Positions 1 to 35,685 of a DNA stretch of 64,000 nt are shown here, piece after piece; position 1 is the first letter of the stretch; each line of letters starts with the position of its first letter. Source of the DNA: the human T2T-CHM13v2.0 reference genome, Homo sapiens; NCBI RefSeq assembly GCF_009914755.1, contig NC_060935.1; one strand, given 5' to 3'. The notes under the pieces were generated by a model. It saw only the letters and a list, made by a program, of their open reading frames with translations, had not been told where the DNA came from and did no database searches. Both the position numbers and the translations under genes were made by a program.

Positions 1-2
1 CT

Positions 3-440
<438 letters not shown>

Positions 441-1564
441 CATCTCTGTAATTCTTAATAAATAGTCTTATGTGAATTTCATAATTTTTTTTAGAATTCA
501 GATTCACTAAATAATTTTCTCGATCAAATTTATCAAAATAAATTATTTTTTAAAGGGGAACATTAGCTTTGTCAATAGAAAGGTACTTAGAAGTTGTATC
601 CCCATTAGTATAGTAGTTGAAAAAAAAGCTGTAATGTTAATATTAGCTGTTTGATCTTCAGCTATAAAATATTGTACCTGTGTTTCTGAGCATTTGAAAG
701 AATTAAGGGAGGTATGCCAGGTGCAATGACTCACACCTGTAATCCCAGCACTTTGGGAGGCTGAGATGGGAGGATCGAGACCAGCCTGGTGTAATGCAGG
801 GAAACCCCCTCTGGTGGCGCTTGCCTGTAGTGTTCAGCTACTTGGGAGGCTGAGGTAGGAGGCTCACTTGAGCCCAGGGGGTTGAGACTGCAGTGGTTTC
901 TTTTAAGTCTAGGAGTAAGTCTAAATAAGTCAAGACCCCTAGGTAGGTGAACTAAAATCCCTACCAAAACCCCTGGTAGGTGAACTACCAGGCCCTCATG
1001 ATCTTTCTCTTCCTCCCTTCAAGACTTAGTAAGTGTCATTGGTTTGGTAAACTTATTCAGATTTCCTTCTCATGAAGTCTTGGTCTCATCATAGCCTTTA
1101 CCATACTTCTTAGGGTAATACTTCTATCATCATATTACATGCAAGTAATTTAAAAAGGGAAATAGCGCTGAAAGGTATAACATAAAACAGCAGTTCTTCC
1201 TGCCCCTACACACCGTTTAATACCACTCACTAGAGGCAGTTACTTTTCAAGTATTTTAAGTATTTCTTCTTGTATTTACTTCCATAGTTGCAGTGGGTTT
1301 AAGCAAAAATTAAGCTAAATTGTCATTATGGTGATACATAGACCTTTTTTGCTGCGGAGTCCATTAGTATATTATGTTATTATATTTTATTTTTCTAAAC
1401 TTTTTTTCATGTAGTAAATTGTCTTATTTATTTAATTTGCTTAAAGTTTTTAGAGTGTCTGTCTTTCCACTCTCTACTACTTCAGTTAAATACCTCTCAA
1501 TATAATGTAGTTTGTACTATTTTCTCTTTTTGTGGAACACCTTTTAGTTGGAAGTTGTATGGGC

Positions 1565-1796
1565 CGTGCTATGCATTCTTAACAAGGGTGTTTTTTCCCC
1601 CAGAGGGATAAAAATTGGTTCTTGGGGAGGTGAAAAAAAACTTTTACTATTTATATGTACAAAGCACAAATATGCATAAATAGATATACAGTATATTTGT
1701 GGTTATTAAAACTGAACGGGGGTAGAGGCAGTTTAAAAAGGAAAAGTCTAAAAAGACTCCTTAAGGGATGATAAAAATAAGGTTGAGAAATACTGA
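1565..1796. mobile_element. hAT-Charlie-type DNA transposon fragment
   Basis: Ends AAGGTTGAGAAATACTG (Charlie TIR-like) with a degenerate match CATTCTTAAC at the left. Confidence 0.4.
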
Positions 1797-3115
1797 TCTA
1801 TATTGATCTTTCCATTTTTTCTTCTCTTTCTTTTTCTTTGGGTTTTGTTTTGTGGGCTAATTTTCTTAATTTTGTGTTCTGACTTTTCTTTTGAACTTTT
1901 GATGATCAAATTGTAGTTTCTAAAAGGTTACTCTTTTTCTCTGATTATTTTCTTTTTTTATAGCATCCTGCTATTGTTTCATGGATGCAGAATGTTGTCT
2001 ACTTTAAATATTTACAGTGGATTTTTTGGTTTGGGTTTTTACATTTTTTAGTTCTTTCATTTTTTTGTTGTCTCTGTCTTATACTTTAGAACCTTTCCTC
2101 TAATGTCTTCATATTTGAACGGGATGCTAAAAGGCCAATTGGAGGTTCTCTTGGGGTGAGGGGCTATATGTGCTGTTGGACTTTATTGGAAAAAGTATGG
2201 CTTTGTAGTGAGGACGCTCACCTTAGTATCTGTAGTTCCATTCCTTGAGAGAAGTTTAGTTTCTTCAAAGAAATACCTTTTAAGCTTGATATAAGCCTGG
2301 CTGTTGATATTATTGAGCCAGACCTAGGAGATCTGGATTGAGGATGCAGACTTTAACACCCTCTGATTTCCTTATGGCATTCTGTCACCCCCTTCCACTC
2401 TTGCCTGCTTTCTGTGCCTGATCCCCTGGACCCCAGAGTGTATCAGATTCGTTTTCTCCAGAGAATAAACCTTTAGTTTCCTCTGGGGATGATGTTGATG
2501 GACAGGGATCTCAGGAGAGGGATAACTCTTCCAAGTGCATAGTCTTAAATGTTCTGTTTTTAGTTTCCTGCTGCATGTATTCCTTTTGTAGTAGTGCCTA
2601 GCGCCCTTAATTCCCAATTTTTGGGGGGATGCTTTATCAAAATATAACCTTCAAAGAGGTGCACAAATCATGTTTGTTTCATGTAAACACCACCAGGTCA
2701 AGAAGTGGAACATTAGAGAACCCAGTAAACACTTCTCTTTTACCTTCCCAGTTATCATCCCCTGTCTTCTAAACCATATCTTGATTCCTATACCACAAAT
2801 TAGTTGTGGTTATTTTTGAACTTTATATATAAATTATGAATGCATGTTATAATGGCTGGTAAATTCTCCACGAATTTTCTTTGTGATTAGTCAATACTGA
2901 GGCATAATCTGATGTGGTGAGGTAGCAGCATCATTAAAAGCTTAGTAAAATTGAATACAAATAATATAAAAGCTTGACTGTGAAAGGTAAGGAATTATTG
3001 CTATATACAGTAAGTCTTTAAGAGCTTAGATTTCTACCCATAATATAAATTGGCACTTTAGTTCTAGCTATTAATAGTTCCAGAAATTGAAGTGGAAATA
3101 TTTTTTCCCCCCCAG

Positions 3116-26648
<23,533 letters not shown>

Positions 26649-26716
26649 CTTTCTAGAAATAGTGTAAAGGTTTTTTAATTGTGTATATGTAGCATTAGAC
26701 AAAATTATTTAAAGTC

Positions 26717-26722
26717 AATAAA
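26717..26722 (+). terminator. CEP295 polyadenylation signal AATAAA
   Basis: First AATAAA ~70 nt after the stop, followed by GT/T-rich sequence. Confidence 0.7.
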
Positions 26723-26893
26723 TTGTTATTCGAGGAATTCCATGTTGTGATTTCTTCCACTGTCCATCAAGGTCACTTTAGATCCTCTAAAGAGCTGGAG
26801 TCAAAAGATTTATCTTCAAGTTTGCCCTGAAGAAGAGAAATTTTGATTAACCTTTAAAACTCTCACATGGCAACAATCATGGATTATTACGTT

Positions 26894-27027
26894 TTATATC
26901 TCCTCAGGAAAACATAGCACCAAACATTAGGAGTGCTATAGGGCTTCCTATAGAGAACTTCCATCTTTGGTCACAGCGTTAAGAGCTCTGGGTTTCACAG
27001 CCTCATAAGCCCTCTTTGAAATGACCC
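26894..27027 (-). ncRNA. SNORA25: H/ACA snoRNA SNORA25 (ACA25)
   Basis: Minus strand GGGTCATTTCAAAGAGGGC...CTGAGGAGATATAA recognised; two hairpins, 3' AUA-type box; ends 67 nt from the 3' splice site. Confidence 0.88.
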
Positions 27028-27359
27028 ATACAAATGTCTTTTCTAATGCATACATACCTTTTTAATGAAACTGATCCAGTTGTCCTGTCAGCCCTACATA
27101 ACAATAGTATAAAAGTAAATTTTACATTTCCAGAGATGAGTGTACAGTGAGTGAACATGAATGAGTCCCTAGAACGAGCCTGAGTTAACTCTACTACAAA
27201 CTGCTTGGTTATTAGCAACCCACAAGGGTTACAATATAAAGGCAAAGCAAATTTGCATGATTCAAGAGATCTAGGAGAATTTTCAAATCTCACTGATTTT
27301 AAAGAAAAATCACATGTGGTTCACATTTTATTTGTATTGCATTTCTATTACAGTTAATC

Positions 27360-27480
27360 AACTGTTCCCAATAAGCTGATTGCTAGCAAAGTAGCAGATA
27401 GAAAACCTACTGGGAAATTTTTTTATGGTCATGTCCACAGCAAATGAGAAACTGCATTCTAAAAGCCTTGGTAATGACCA
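27360..27480 (-). ncRNA. SNORA32: H/ACA snoRNA SNORA32
   Basis: TGGTCAT...ATGACCA hairpin, H box ATAAAA, TTCCCA...TGGGAA hairpin, ACA-NNN 3' end. Confidence 0.9.
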
Positions 27481-27883
27481 TTACACCCTTGAGCAAATAA
27501 CTTATAGTTAAGATAAAAACCATTACTTGCCATAATTACTTTGGCTTCTGTCATCTCGTTTTAATATGGATATACTGATGAAGACTTCAAAATTCACCTG
27601 TGGAAAAATGTGTATTTCAAATTTATATTTACTATTAAGTACAGAAATCTATCTTTCAAGAATGAGGTTGCTTAGGTTCCAAAGTATCCTGAAACCCGGC
27701 ACCCCAAGTAAGGTATTGAAAATTCTATGCTTAAAATAGCTATTTAAACTAATAGGTATTTTTAAAAATCAATGATCCCATGCCCATTCATATCCGAATT
27801 TGCTCTATGATCATGTTTCTGGTAACTTTTACCTTTGAGCTTTTATAATCTTCTGAAATACAATGCAATATTTAATGTAAATG

Positions 27884-27954
27884 GATGTTCAGAAAGGCCA
27901 TTTTCATTCAGCCCCTTCAGAGCAGTTGAACATTTCGCCCATCATCATAACATC
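27884..27954 (-). ncRNA. SNORD6: C/D snoRNA SNORD6 (mgh28S-2411)
   Basis: Box C ATGATGA, D' CTGA preceded by ATGTTCAACTGCT (complement of 28S AGCAGUUGAACAU), box D CTGA, GATGTT/AACATC terminal stem. Confidence 0.92.
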
Positions 27955-28384
27955 GTTAATAATGAAGTTTAAACACATAATAACGTAAGCCTAGTCCTTT
28001 TTTTTACTCCTAAGTGGTGATAGATGTTGCAATAGCATTGCTAGATAAATAAATAACCTAAAATAACATTTGGAGAAAAGCTAGTATTCAACAAAATAAC
28101 CTGCATGGCCTTTTAAGTAATGAATTAACTTACCAAGAATCTTTGGGATCTAATTTCTTCAACCAATTTACTTTAGGGTCCTAGAAGTTGAATTGTACAA
28201 AGTACAGTTATATTTTGACACCTGATCCAAGACACAGTAATGTATACCACATTACAATGTTTCAGTCAATATACAGCACATAAAAAAAGTGGTCCTATAA
28301 GAGCTGAAAATTCCTTATTAAATGTTATTTCTAATATTGAAAAGTCAACATTTTTCTCCTACATTTTTACTCATAAACATAGCA

Positions 28385-28514
28385 AAATGTTACAGGTCTC
28401 ATTGTCACCACTGCAATATGCATACTGTGATGGAAGCATAACCTGTCTCAATTTAGCCACATTAACTATTTTTGGACACCATGATCAACAGTGCCCATTC
28501 TCTAGAATGAGGCA
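28385..28514 (-). ncRNA. SNORA1: H/ACA snoRNA SNORA1
   Basis: TGCCTCATTCTAGAGAATGGGCAC...GAGACCTGTAACATTT recognised; ACA 3 nt from the 3' end. Confidence 0.88.
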
Positions 28515-28741
28515 TTGTAAAAGTCTTTAAAGCTTAGTAGTGTATTTGTACGAAGTTCTTGTTATGCTGGCAGTGCTACTGATAGAGGGAAACAAGCAGA
28601 ATCAATAGAAACAGAGAATCTTACCTTTTTACTGTAGGTGGTGGGGATCTACCTGGTTCTCAATTTGACACCCTGGAAAAAAAAGCATTGCTTACTATTT
28701 TAGAGTATATCAAACTGAACACTCTGAGAAACCTACACAAA

Positions 28742-28880
28742 TACTGTATCAGTAGAAATACCAGGTTTAACAAGCACAAAGCCAAGAAAACCAACGATGC
28801 CAGATACTGAATTTCTATAGCACTGACCTTTGAACACCCTAGCAGGTGTAAACTGCTGAGTGCAGATACCATGCAGTGCA
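28742..28880 (-). ncRNA. SNORA8: H/ACA snoRNA SNORA8
   Basis: GCACTG...CAGTGC hairpin, H box ATAGAA, TCAGTA...TACTGA hairpin, ACA-GTA end; 69 nt from the 3' splice site. Confidence 0.9.
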
Positions 28881-29608
28881 ATTATGACTGAACTGTACAA
28901 CTCGTATTCCCAAATTTGCAATATTGCTGAGAAATGCTTTCACAAACCTCTCAAATTCCTTTAACAAGTACAATAATTTGAGCTTTTTTCCTAATTGTCA
29001 CTGTAATAAGGAAGCTACATTAACTACATTTTAAGCTACAACTCTAGTCTTTGCCTAATCTTTGCCCAGTCTCTCTATAAAACTTAAAGATGGAATATAT
29101 ACATGTAACTTAACAGATCAGACAACAAACGTCAAGCTCATTGTTGCTCAAACTGCCAGTTACACAAAATTCTTTTTATGTAATTCATATCCCTATTGAT
29201 TCAACATATCCACACAGGTTTACGTGACTTTAGGATGAAATATGTGTAACTGCCAGTTGAATAATGATGCAAAGAACACAGGTAGTTTCGTTTGGTAGGT
29301 ATAGACATGCAGTCTCTTCATTTTCCTTCTCTATACAAATATATACATTGTAATATTTTTGCCAGTATCTTACTAATTCTGTGTTATACCTGAAATACTG
29401 GGATGGTGTAATTTCTATTTTTCATCTTTTGAGTCCTTGATTATTATAAGTTAAATATTTTACTTACCTCTCAACATGAATGAGTTCAAATCACATTCAT
29501 TCCTATAGAAAGTACCAATTAAAGATTTAGAAAGGATACATTTCCAGTTATTAAAACTAAAACCCAAGTATAAATTTAAGATCCAGTTTATTATACAGCC
29601 ATATCCAG

Positions 29609-29681
29609 CTCTGTCAGAATTAAGTTTTAGTTCATGCCCGTTATCATTCAGCAGTTGAACAGTTAAATTCATCATCTGAAC
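29609..29681 (-). ncRNA. SNORD5: C/D snoRNA SNORD5 (mgh28S-2409)
   Basis: Box C ATGATGA, guide TGTTCAACTGCTG before D' ATGA, box D CTGA. Confidence 0.92.
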
Positions 29682-29846
29682 TGTAATCATTATTTCCCAA
29701 AAGATTATACTGTCACCAATTAAAACTTACCTAAGCGATCACTCAAGAATGGTACAGATGTGTGGAGTATGCCAATACCTAAGGTAAAAAAGTAGATTAT
29801 CTGGTTTTTCATAACGTTTAGCAACCGTCTTTTTCAAACTTTTAGC

Positions 29847-29978
29847 AACTGTCTTGTAATTCCTTCCCACAGATCTAACAATAGTCCTGTGAGTAAAGTA
29901 AAACCACAGAGTTACTCTATGAGGCGTTTCCAACGATGTGCAGGCTACAGGAAAAGCCCCATCGGGATAGACCTCAAC
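29847..29978 (-). ncRNA. SNORA18: H/ACA snoRNA SNORA18
   Basis: TGAGG...CCTCA hairpin, H box AGAGTA, ACA-GTT end; 68 nt from the 3' splice site. Confidence 0.9.
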
Positions 29979-30054
29979 CACTATTTACAAGGTTTTGATT
30001 TTTTTTTAAAGACACAGGATCTGCCATGTCTTTTAAAAATCGTGTGATTCTTGC

Positions 30055-30145
30055 TGAATCACTTGAGCCCAGGGGTTCGATGCTACAGTGAGATGTGGCA
30101 GGATCACATCTCACTGTAGCCTCAAACCGCTGGGCTCAAGTGTTT
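30055..30145 (-). ncRNA. MIR1304: MIR1304 pre-miRNA hairpin (Alu-derived palindrome)
   Basis: Near-perfect inverted repeat, core GCTACAGTGAGATGTG / CACATCTCACTGTAGC; 5p TTTGAGGCTACAGTGAGATGTG recognised; continuous with Alu sequence to ~30200. Confidence 0.9.
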
Positions 30146-31163
30146 CTCCTGCCTTAGCCTCCAGAGTAGCTGGGGACCACAGGCACCACTGTGTCCAGCT
30201 AGTATTTATACACATAAATAACAAAGTCTAACACTCCATAGGAAAGAAATTATGAGCAGAAACTGCAATATGCTCTTACAATATTGCCAACTGCAGAAAC
30301 TTCCTACTACGTTAATCACAAAAACAATAATTTCACAATCACGTTGTGCTTAGGAGCCAGAGGAATGATAAATAAAAAGTAACATCAAGTAGCTCCTTTA
30401 CATGAACCAAAGGAAAAAGATTTAAACTTAAGATTTAAGTTTAAAGTCTAACTGTTGTTATGAACTTCAGTATTGCAACAGAGGATGTTGTTTTCCCAAT
30501 TCGAAGATTTCAGCAAATTTTAATTCTTGGCTCAAAATTAATTGTCATCCATTATAAAATACAGGAATATAATGTGCCTGTAAGTTACGACTTTGGCATT
30601 ATATAACTTTTAATCAAACTCTACATCATTCAAATTTATGAATTCTTATGACCTGTGTAATCATCTTTTATTATACTATATTTTGCATTAAACCATAAAA
30701 TCCTCTGCCTCATTTTAGATTGTGCATTAATTCAAAATAATGCTGTAGGCTTCAAGTAGGAAATCCAAAGTTCTGATTATTGCTACAAACTAACAAATTC
30801 AGGACCCTCTAATGCTTGCAACTAAAATGAATCTGACACATCACTATAAAATGTGTGAATCTAGGATTCTTCTTTTCAGAAATCAGTATAAATGGGAATT
30901 AAAAGCATGGTAGAAATGTCCCTGAATAAAATGAAACTTGCTCTGACAACATACTGTTTCCTACACATAAACAAATATGATGTGAAAACTCAAATTGAGA
31001 CATACCTTTAACTCCAGACACCATGTTCTCAAGATAAAAGCCTTTAAAACAAAAAGCCATTGTGTATATCATCAACATGAAATTGGAATGCAAAATTAAT
31101 ACTGCTGAGGATTTCCCTCATATCCCATGCTGTTTATCTATTCTACAGGCCTGGAATCAACCT

Positions 31164-32057
31164 TTTTTTCTTAAGAGACAGGGTCTGTCTTTGTTACTCA
31201 GGCTGGAGTACAGTGGTGCCATCAAAGCTCAGTGCAGCCTCCAACTCTGCCTCAGCCTCCCCCCTTTCTGAGTAACTCCAACTACAGGCACATGCCCCAG
31301 TACCCAGCTAATTTTTAAATTTTTGTGGAGATGTGTTTCTTACTTTCTTGCCTAGGCTGGTCTTGAACTCCTGGTTTCAAGCAATACTCCCACCTTGGTG
31401 TGGGGATTGCAGGCTTGACCCATTGCACCTGGCCTGGAACCAACCTTTATGGCTATCAATACTCCCATCAATCAACTGTCTCAGGTATCATAATATCCCT
31501 TCTTATATGTATCAAAACTCATACTGAACAATGAGTTCTGGGTTGCAAAAGAGGATTTATTTTTTGCACCTATCTGTAAGTCTTTGTCCACGTTAAACAA
31601 AAACATACATAAGTGCAGTCCCAAAATGCACTACATAGCAGAGTAGTCAGCTCTATCGTGGTGATCAAAATAATGAACATCGGGGTAATGACTGGTTCTC
31701 CCCAGGTATACATGTTGAATAAATGTGTATGCCTTTTCTTGAACTAATAAAAAGTGAAAATGGTAGTTAAAAGTAGTATTAGGCCAGGTGCCATGGCTCA
31801 CACCTATAATCCCAGCATTTTGGGAGGCCAAGGCAGGCGGATCGCCTGAGGTCAGGAGTTCGAGACCATGGTGAAAGCCTGTCTCTACTAAAAAAACAAA
31901 AACTAGCTGGGTGTGCTGGCTAACGCCTGTAATCCCAGCTACTAAGGAGGCTGAGGCAGAATCGCTTGAACCCGGGAGATGGAGGTTGCAGTAAGCCAAG
32001 ACTGCGGCCATTGCACTACAGCCTGGGTGACAGATCGAGACTCTGTCTAAAAAAAAT
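31164..32057. mobile_element. Inverted Alus flanking SNORA40: 31164-31434(-) and 31782-32057(+)
   Basis: Alu consensus; the first has TSD TGGAA(T/C)CAACCTTT. Confidence 0.85.
31491..31617 (-). ncRNA. SNORA40: H/ACA snoRNA SNORA40
   Basis: TGCACTTAT...ATAGGTGCA hairpin, A-rich H box, second hairpin, AUA-type 3' box. Confidence 0.88.
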
Positions 32058-32480
32058 AGTATTAAAGATACTCTAAATTTGGAAAGGGAAATGAGGTTAT
32101 TACAATACTAAGCATCTGACAGGTCACTTGTCATGGCTGAACAAAGCTGGGATAAAATTACAGCATTTCAAATCCCCTCTTCAAGATGGTTGGGTGTCAA
32201 GTTACTTTAAGATTTTCTTTTCAAAATTAAAATCACTACATTTCATTGTTTCAATACTCACAGGACACCTGTAAGCTCTTATTCAGAAATCAAATGACAA
32301 TTTCTCAAATTTTTCTATGTATTTTCTCTGGTGTTTTAATGGTTTTTTTTCTAATTATTACTACTTCACAAGTTTCTTTCACAAACTTCTTCACAGGGTT
32401 AAAAATTTTTTTTCTTGTTATAAAGTTCTGGGTTTCAGAATTTCTTCACCACCAGACTGGTACATATATCCACATTTATC

Positions 32481-32486
32481 TTTATT
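32481..32486 (-). terminator. Proximal TAF1D polyadenylation signal candidate (AATAAA)
   Basis: tttatt on + strand, ~55 nt after the TAF1D stop. Confidence 0.5.
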
Positions 32487-32541
32487 CATTTCTATGAAGT
32501 CGTTTTTTCTATATGCTTCACCTTTGACATTCATGATCCTG

Positions 32542-35500
32542 TCACATTTTCAGGCCTCTCTGTCCAGTATTTTTGGCTTTTGTAGCTCTCTTTTTAGACA
32601 AAGCAGCTTCTTCAGTAATATCCTCTTCTTCTAAGTATACACTCAGTCTTACAGGGAATTCAGAACTTACTATGAAACTATCCCCCTGCATAAAACAAAC
32701 AAAAAATCATGGATTAAGCAATAACTCAAATAGTTTAGTAATTACATATAGCTGAATGCCCTGGATTACTTCAGATAACCTAGAGACTACATGTAGATGT
32801 TAAAAATCCAAATTAACATTGCTTATTTTTTCATTTGACATCCTAACTAGCAATAATATGTATCAGAATGCTACTTATTAAAAATAGTACTGAAAACCCC
32901 ATGTTCTTTATCAAGTCTCTAAAAAATTATTTTCCTTCTTGCATTTCCTGCAGTAAACTTATAGAGCTTTTCAAAAGTTAAATGAAGTGTAAGAGAAAAA
33001 CTAAATATAATTCCTTCTGTATCAACCAACTCCTGCCTTCCCAAAATGGAATAGGAAAAAAATAAGTCACTTACTGCCAATTTGATATCACATTCGTTAT
33101 CTTCAAGATGTGTTGCATCCTCATCCTCTGCTCTGTAATATTAAAATTTATCATCGAGATGACAGAATCTTCGATGACCTAATTAGTTGTATATTCCACT
33201 CTGAAATATAACTGAAACTGCAATACTAGTCAAAGGAAACACAAAATTTGAGAATTTTGTGTTCTGGAGAATTCTAGATGAACGGTGTGCCAAGCTTGGC
33301 TCAACTGTAATAATCCCAATTGTCATACTCTGTATCTTTGTTCATTATTTAAGTATAACTATATTAAAGGCAAAATATGAAGCAATTAACATAGAAATTT
33401 AATTTATAACCTATTACCAAAGTATTTCATATGATTCCACTTACGTTGACTCCTCAATAGGAGAAATGGATCCATCATCATCCAAAAATTTGTATCTACG
33501 ACTGTCAAAATCTTCATTTTCTAAATCTTCACCAACATTCATTTGCTTCAATGATTCTTTCAGGTGGTGTTCATACTTCAGTTTTTCAATATAGTTAAAA
33601 AATCCTCTTGCAACAGCTTGCTATATATTAAAAACACCATAAGTATGTCGAGATTTTATTTTTAAGACCCAGCAGGTGCCTATGTTCAAAAAGGGCAATG
33701 CCCCCCCTTAGCAAAGACTCTGAATTTGCTATCTTAACTACTCCCCACTTGTGGACTTATCAAATGCTGATTATTAAAATTCACATTACAATTATGAATT
33801 TACCTAAGCTGGTAACATGGAAAAGTGAAGTACATATCTTGTCATGTCTGGGACTTACTAAAGGCATTTTAAAATGTAAAAACAGGAATAAGATTTCTAA
33901 TGTTTACTATAATCACCTTAAACTTAAGAGATTAACTGAAGAGATTAACATGTATTAATCCTCCCAAATAAAATTTCAGGTTCTGGCAAGGGATCATAAA
34001 TTAATTCTGAATTCATTCAACATACAACTCTCAAATATTTAAAAAAGTCTACTCCTAAGTATTAGCGTATTTTTCAGATAATTGGCTTAGAAACATCTAG
34101 GCCTTAAGAATATATCCACTGAACATAAGGCATGTGTGGTTTTAGTTTAGGTTACTGCAAAAGTAATTTCAAGTTATGTGAGCTTTTATTATCCCCACTG
34201 AGTTTTAGGGTTGTGTTTAAAGACCTGAGATGGGATAAGATCAAAGGATTTTATACAAAGAGCCTTGGAGCACTATCTTTTAAATATGGCAAAGTGTAGT
34301 TATATTAAGAGATACAAGTCAAGATTCAGTTGAAGGATAGGGTGGACTTTAGGGGTAAGTCAGTATAGAAGAGTATCAAAATTGCAGACAGTCTGTTCCC
34401 AGTATATCTGAGACAATTCTAAATTGGCCAACAAATCATTTTGGGCATCTTGAGTTATGTGTAGCCATGTATGTAAAATGCTGACTCACCTCAAACGTTA
34501 AAATTTTTCTCCAAGGTGCGTTTTTTTCATTCTCTGATTCTAAAAATGGGAAGCCAGATCCTCTGCTTCTAAATTGTTTCTTCTTATCTATTAGTGAGTA
34601 TATAGGATTTCTCCTTCCTTCTGGTCTTCCCCGTGGTCTTCCTGTTGGCTGGTACCTCCTCTTTTTCTTTTTTTTATATCTCTTTTTCCTGTTCTTGAAT
34701 CTTTCAAAAATAGCTTTTATAGTCAATGGTATTGGTTCAAAAGATGAGTCACTTGATGAATCACTTGCGTGAACACTTTCAGGTGTACGAACAAATTTTC
34801 GAATGGGGTTTCTTTTCTCCCCTTTAGGTGAGTAAGGGATACACTGAGTTTTAAATAAGCTGCTATCAGAAGAGTTATCACTAGAAAAATGGGAAAAAAA
34901 TTAATTTCATCTTCTTTTCTTACTGCTTATTACCATTAATACCCAGTCCTAAATGTACATTTCTTCCAAGACCAACTCAGAAAACATGCCCAGAATTAAA
35001 AATTTTTTAAAGGATGGGCTCAGAACCAGCTAGCCTTTCTACTGATCATCCTATTTAAATAGCCCATAATGCTACAGCTCTTATTAAAGAGTTTTGTAGA
35101 CATCGTCTTGCTGTCACCCAGACTGGAGTGCAGTGGTGCAATCACAGCTCACTGCAACCTCAAACTCCTGGAAACTCCAGGGATGCTCCTGCCTCAGCCT
35201 CCCAAGTAGCTAGCTAGGACTAATGGCATGCACCACTATGCTCAGCTTACAAAAAAACTGTATCTTTCAAGACAATGTATGAGCTCCAAAAGGCTGTATG
35301 GTTCGGTTCACTGCTAAGAGTGTCTGAGTAAAACAAACACAGCCTACCGAACCGGAGGATGTAGTCTGGAAGAGATGCTAATATGACCCAAAGAATACAT
35401 TTTTTCTCGACGAATGTGTCCCATAATATATTCACATTTTGAATTTAAAGTATTTGCAATGCTATTATATCAATCTATGTAACTAGATAAACTTGGAAGG

Positions 35501-35685
35501 TCAGTGAAATCTAGTTTTCCTTCTTTCCCAATTCCTGAAAATTATCTTTACTGTCACTCATTATATACAATAGTTTCTCATAATTCAGATACAATAAACA
35601 TGATTGAATCCACTCACCTTCGATTTGCAAGTTCCACAGCATCAGATGTCACATGGTCAAGAGAATCTATTCCTGATTTATCCAT
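32542..35685 (-). CDS. TAF1D: TAF1D, RNA polymerase I SL1/TIF-IB subunit (TAFI41), 278 aa
   Basis: complement join(35618-35685,34490-34880,33445-33620,33075-33132,32542-32685) = 837 nt, GT-AG, MDKSGIDSLDHVTSDAVELANRSDNSS...KRYKKKKKRRYQPTGRPRGRPEG...QAVARGFFNYIEKLKYEHHLKESL...GQRGLKM*. Confidence 0.96.

Noticed and set aside
908-990. Short duplicated motif CCCCT(A)GGTAGGTGAACTA
   Set aside because: Only two copies, no array or spacer structure; ordinary micro-duplication at a truncated Alu end
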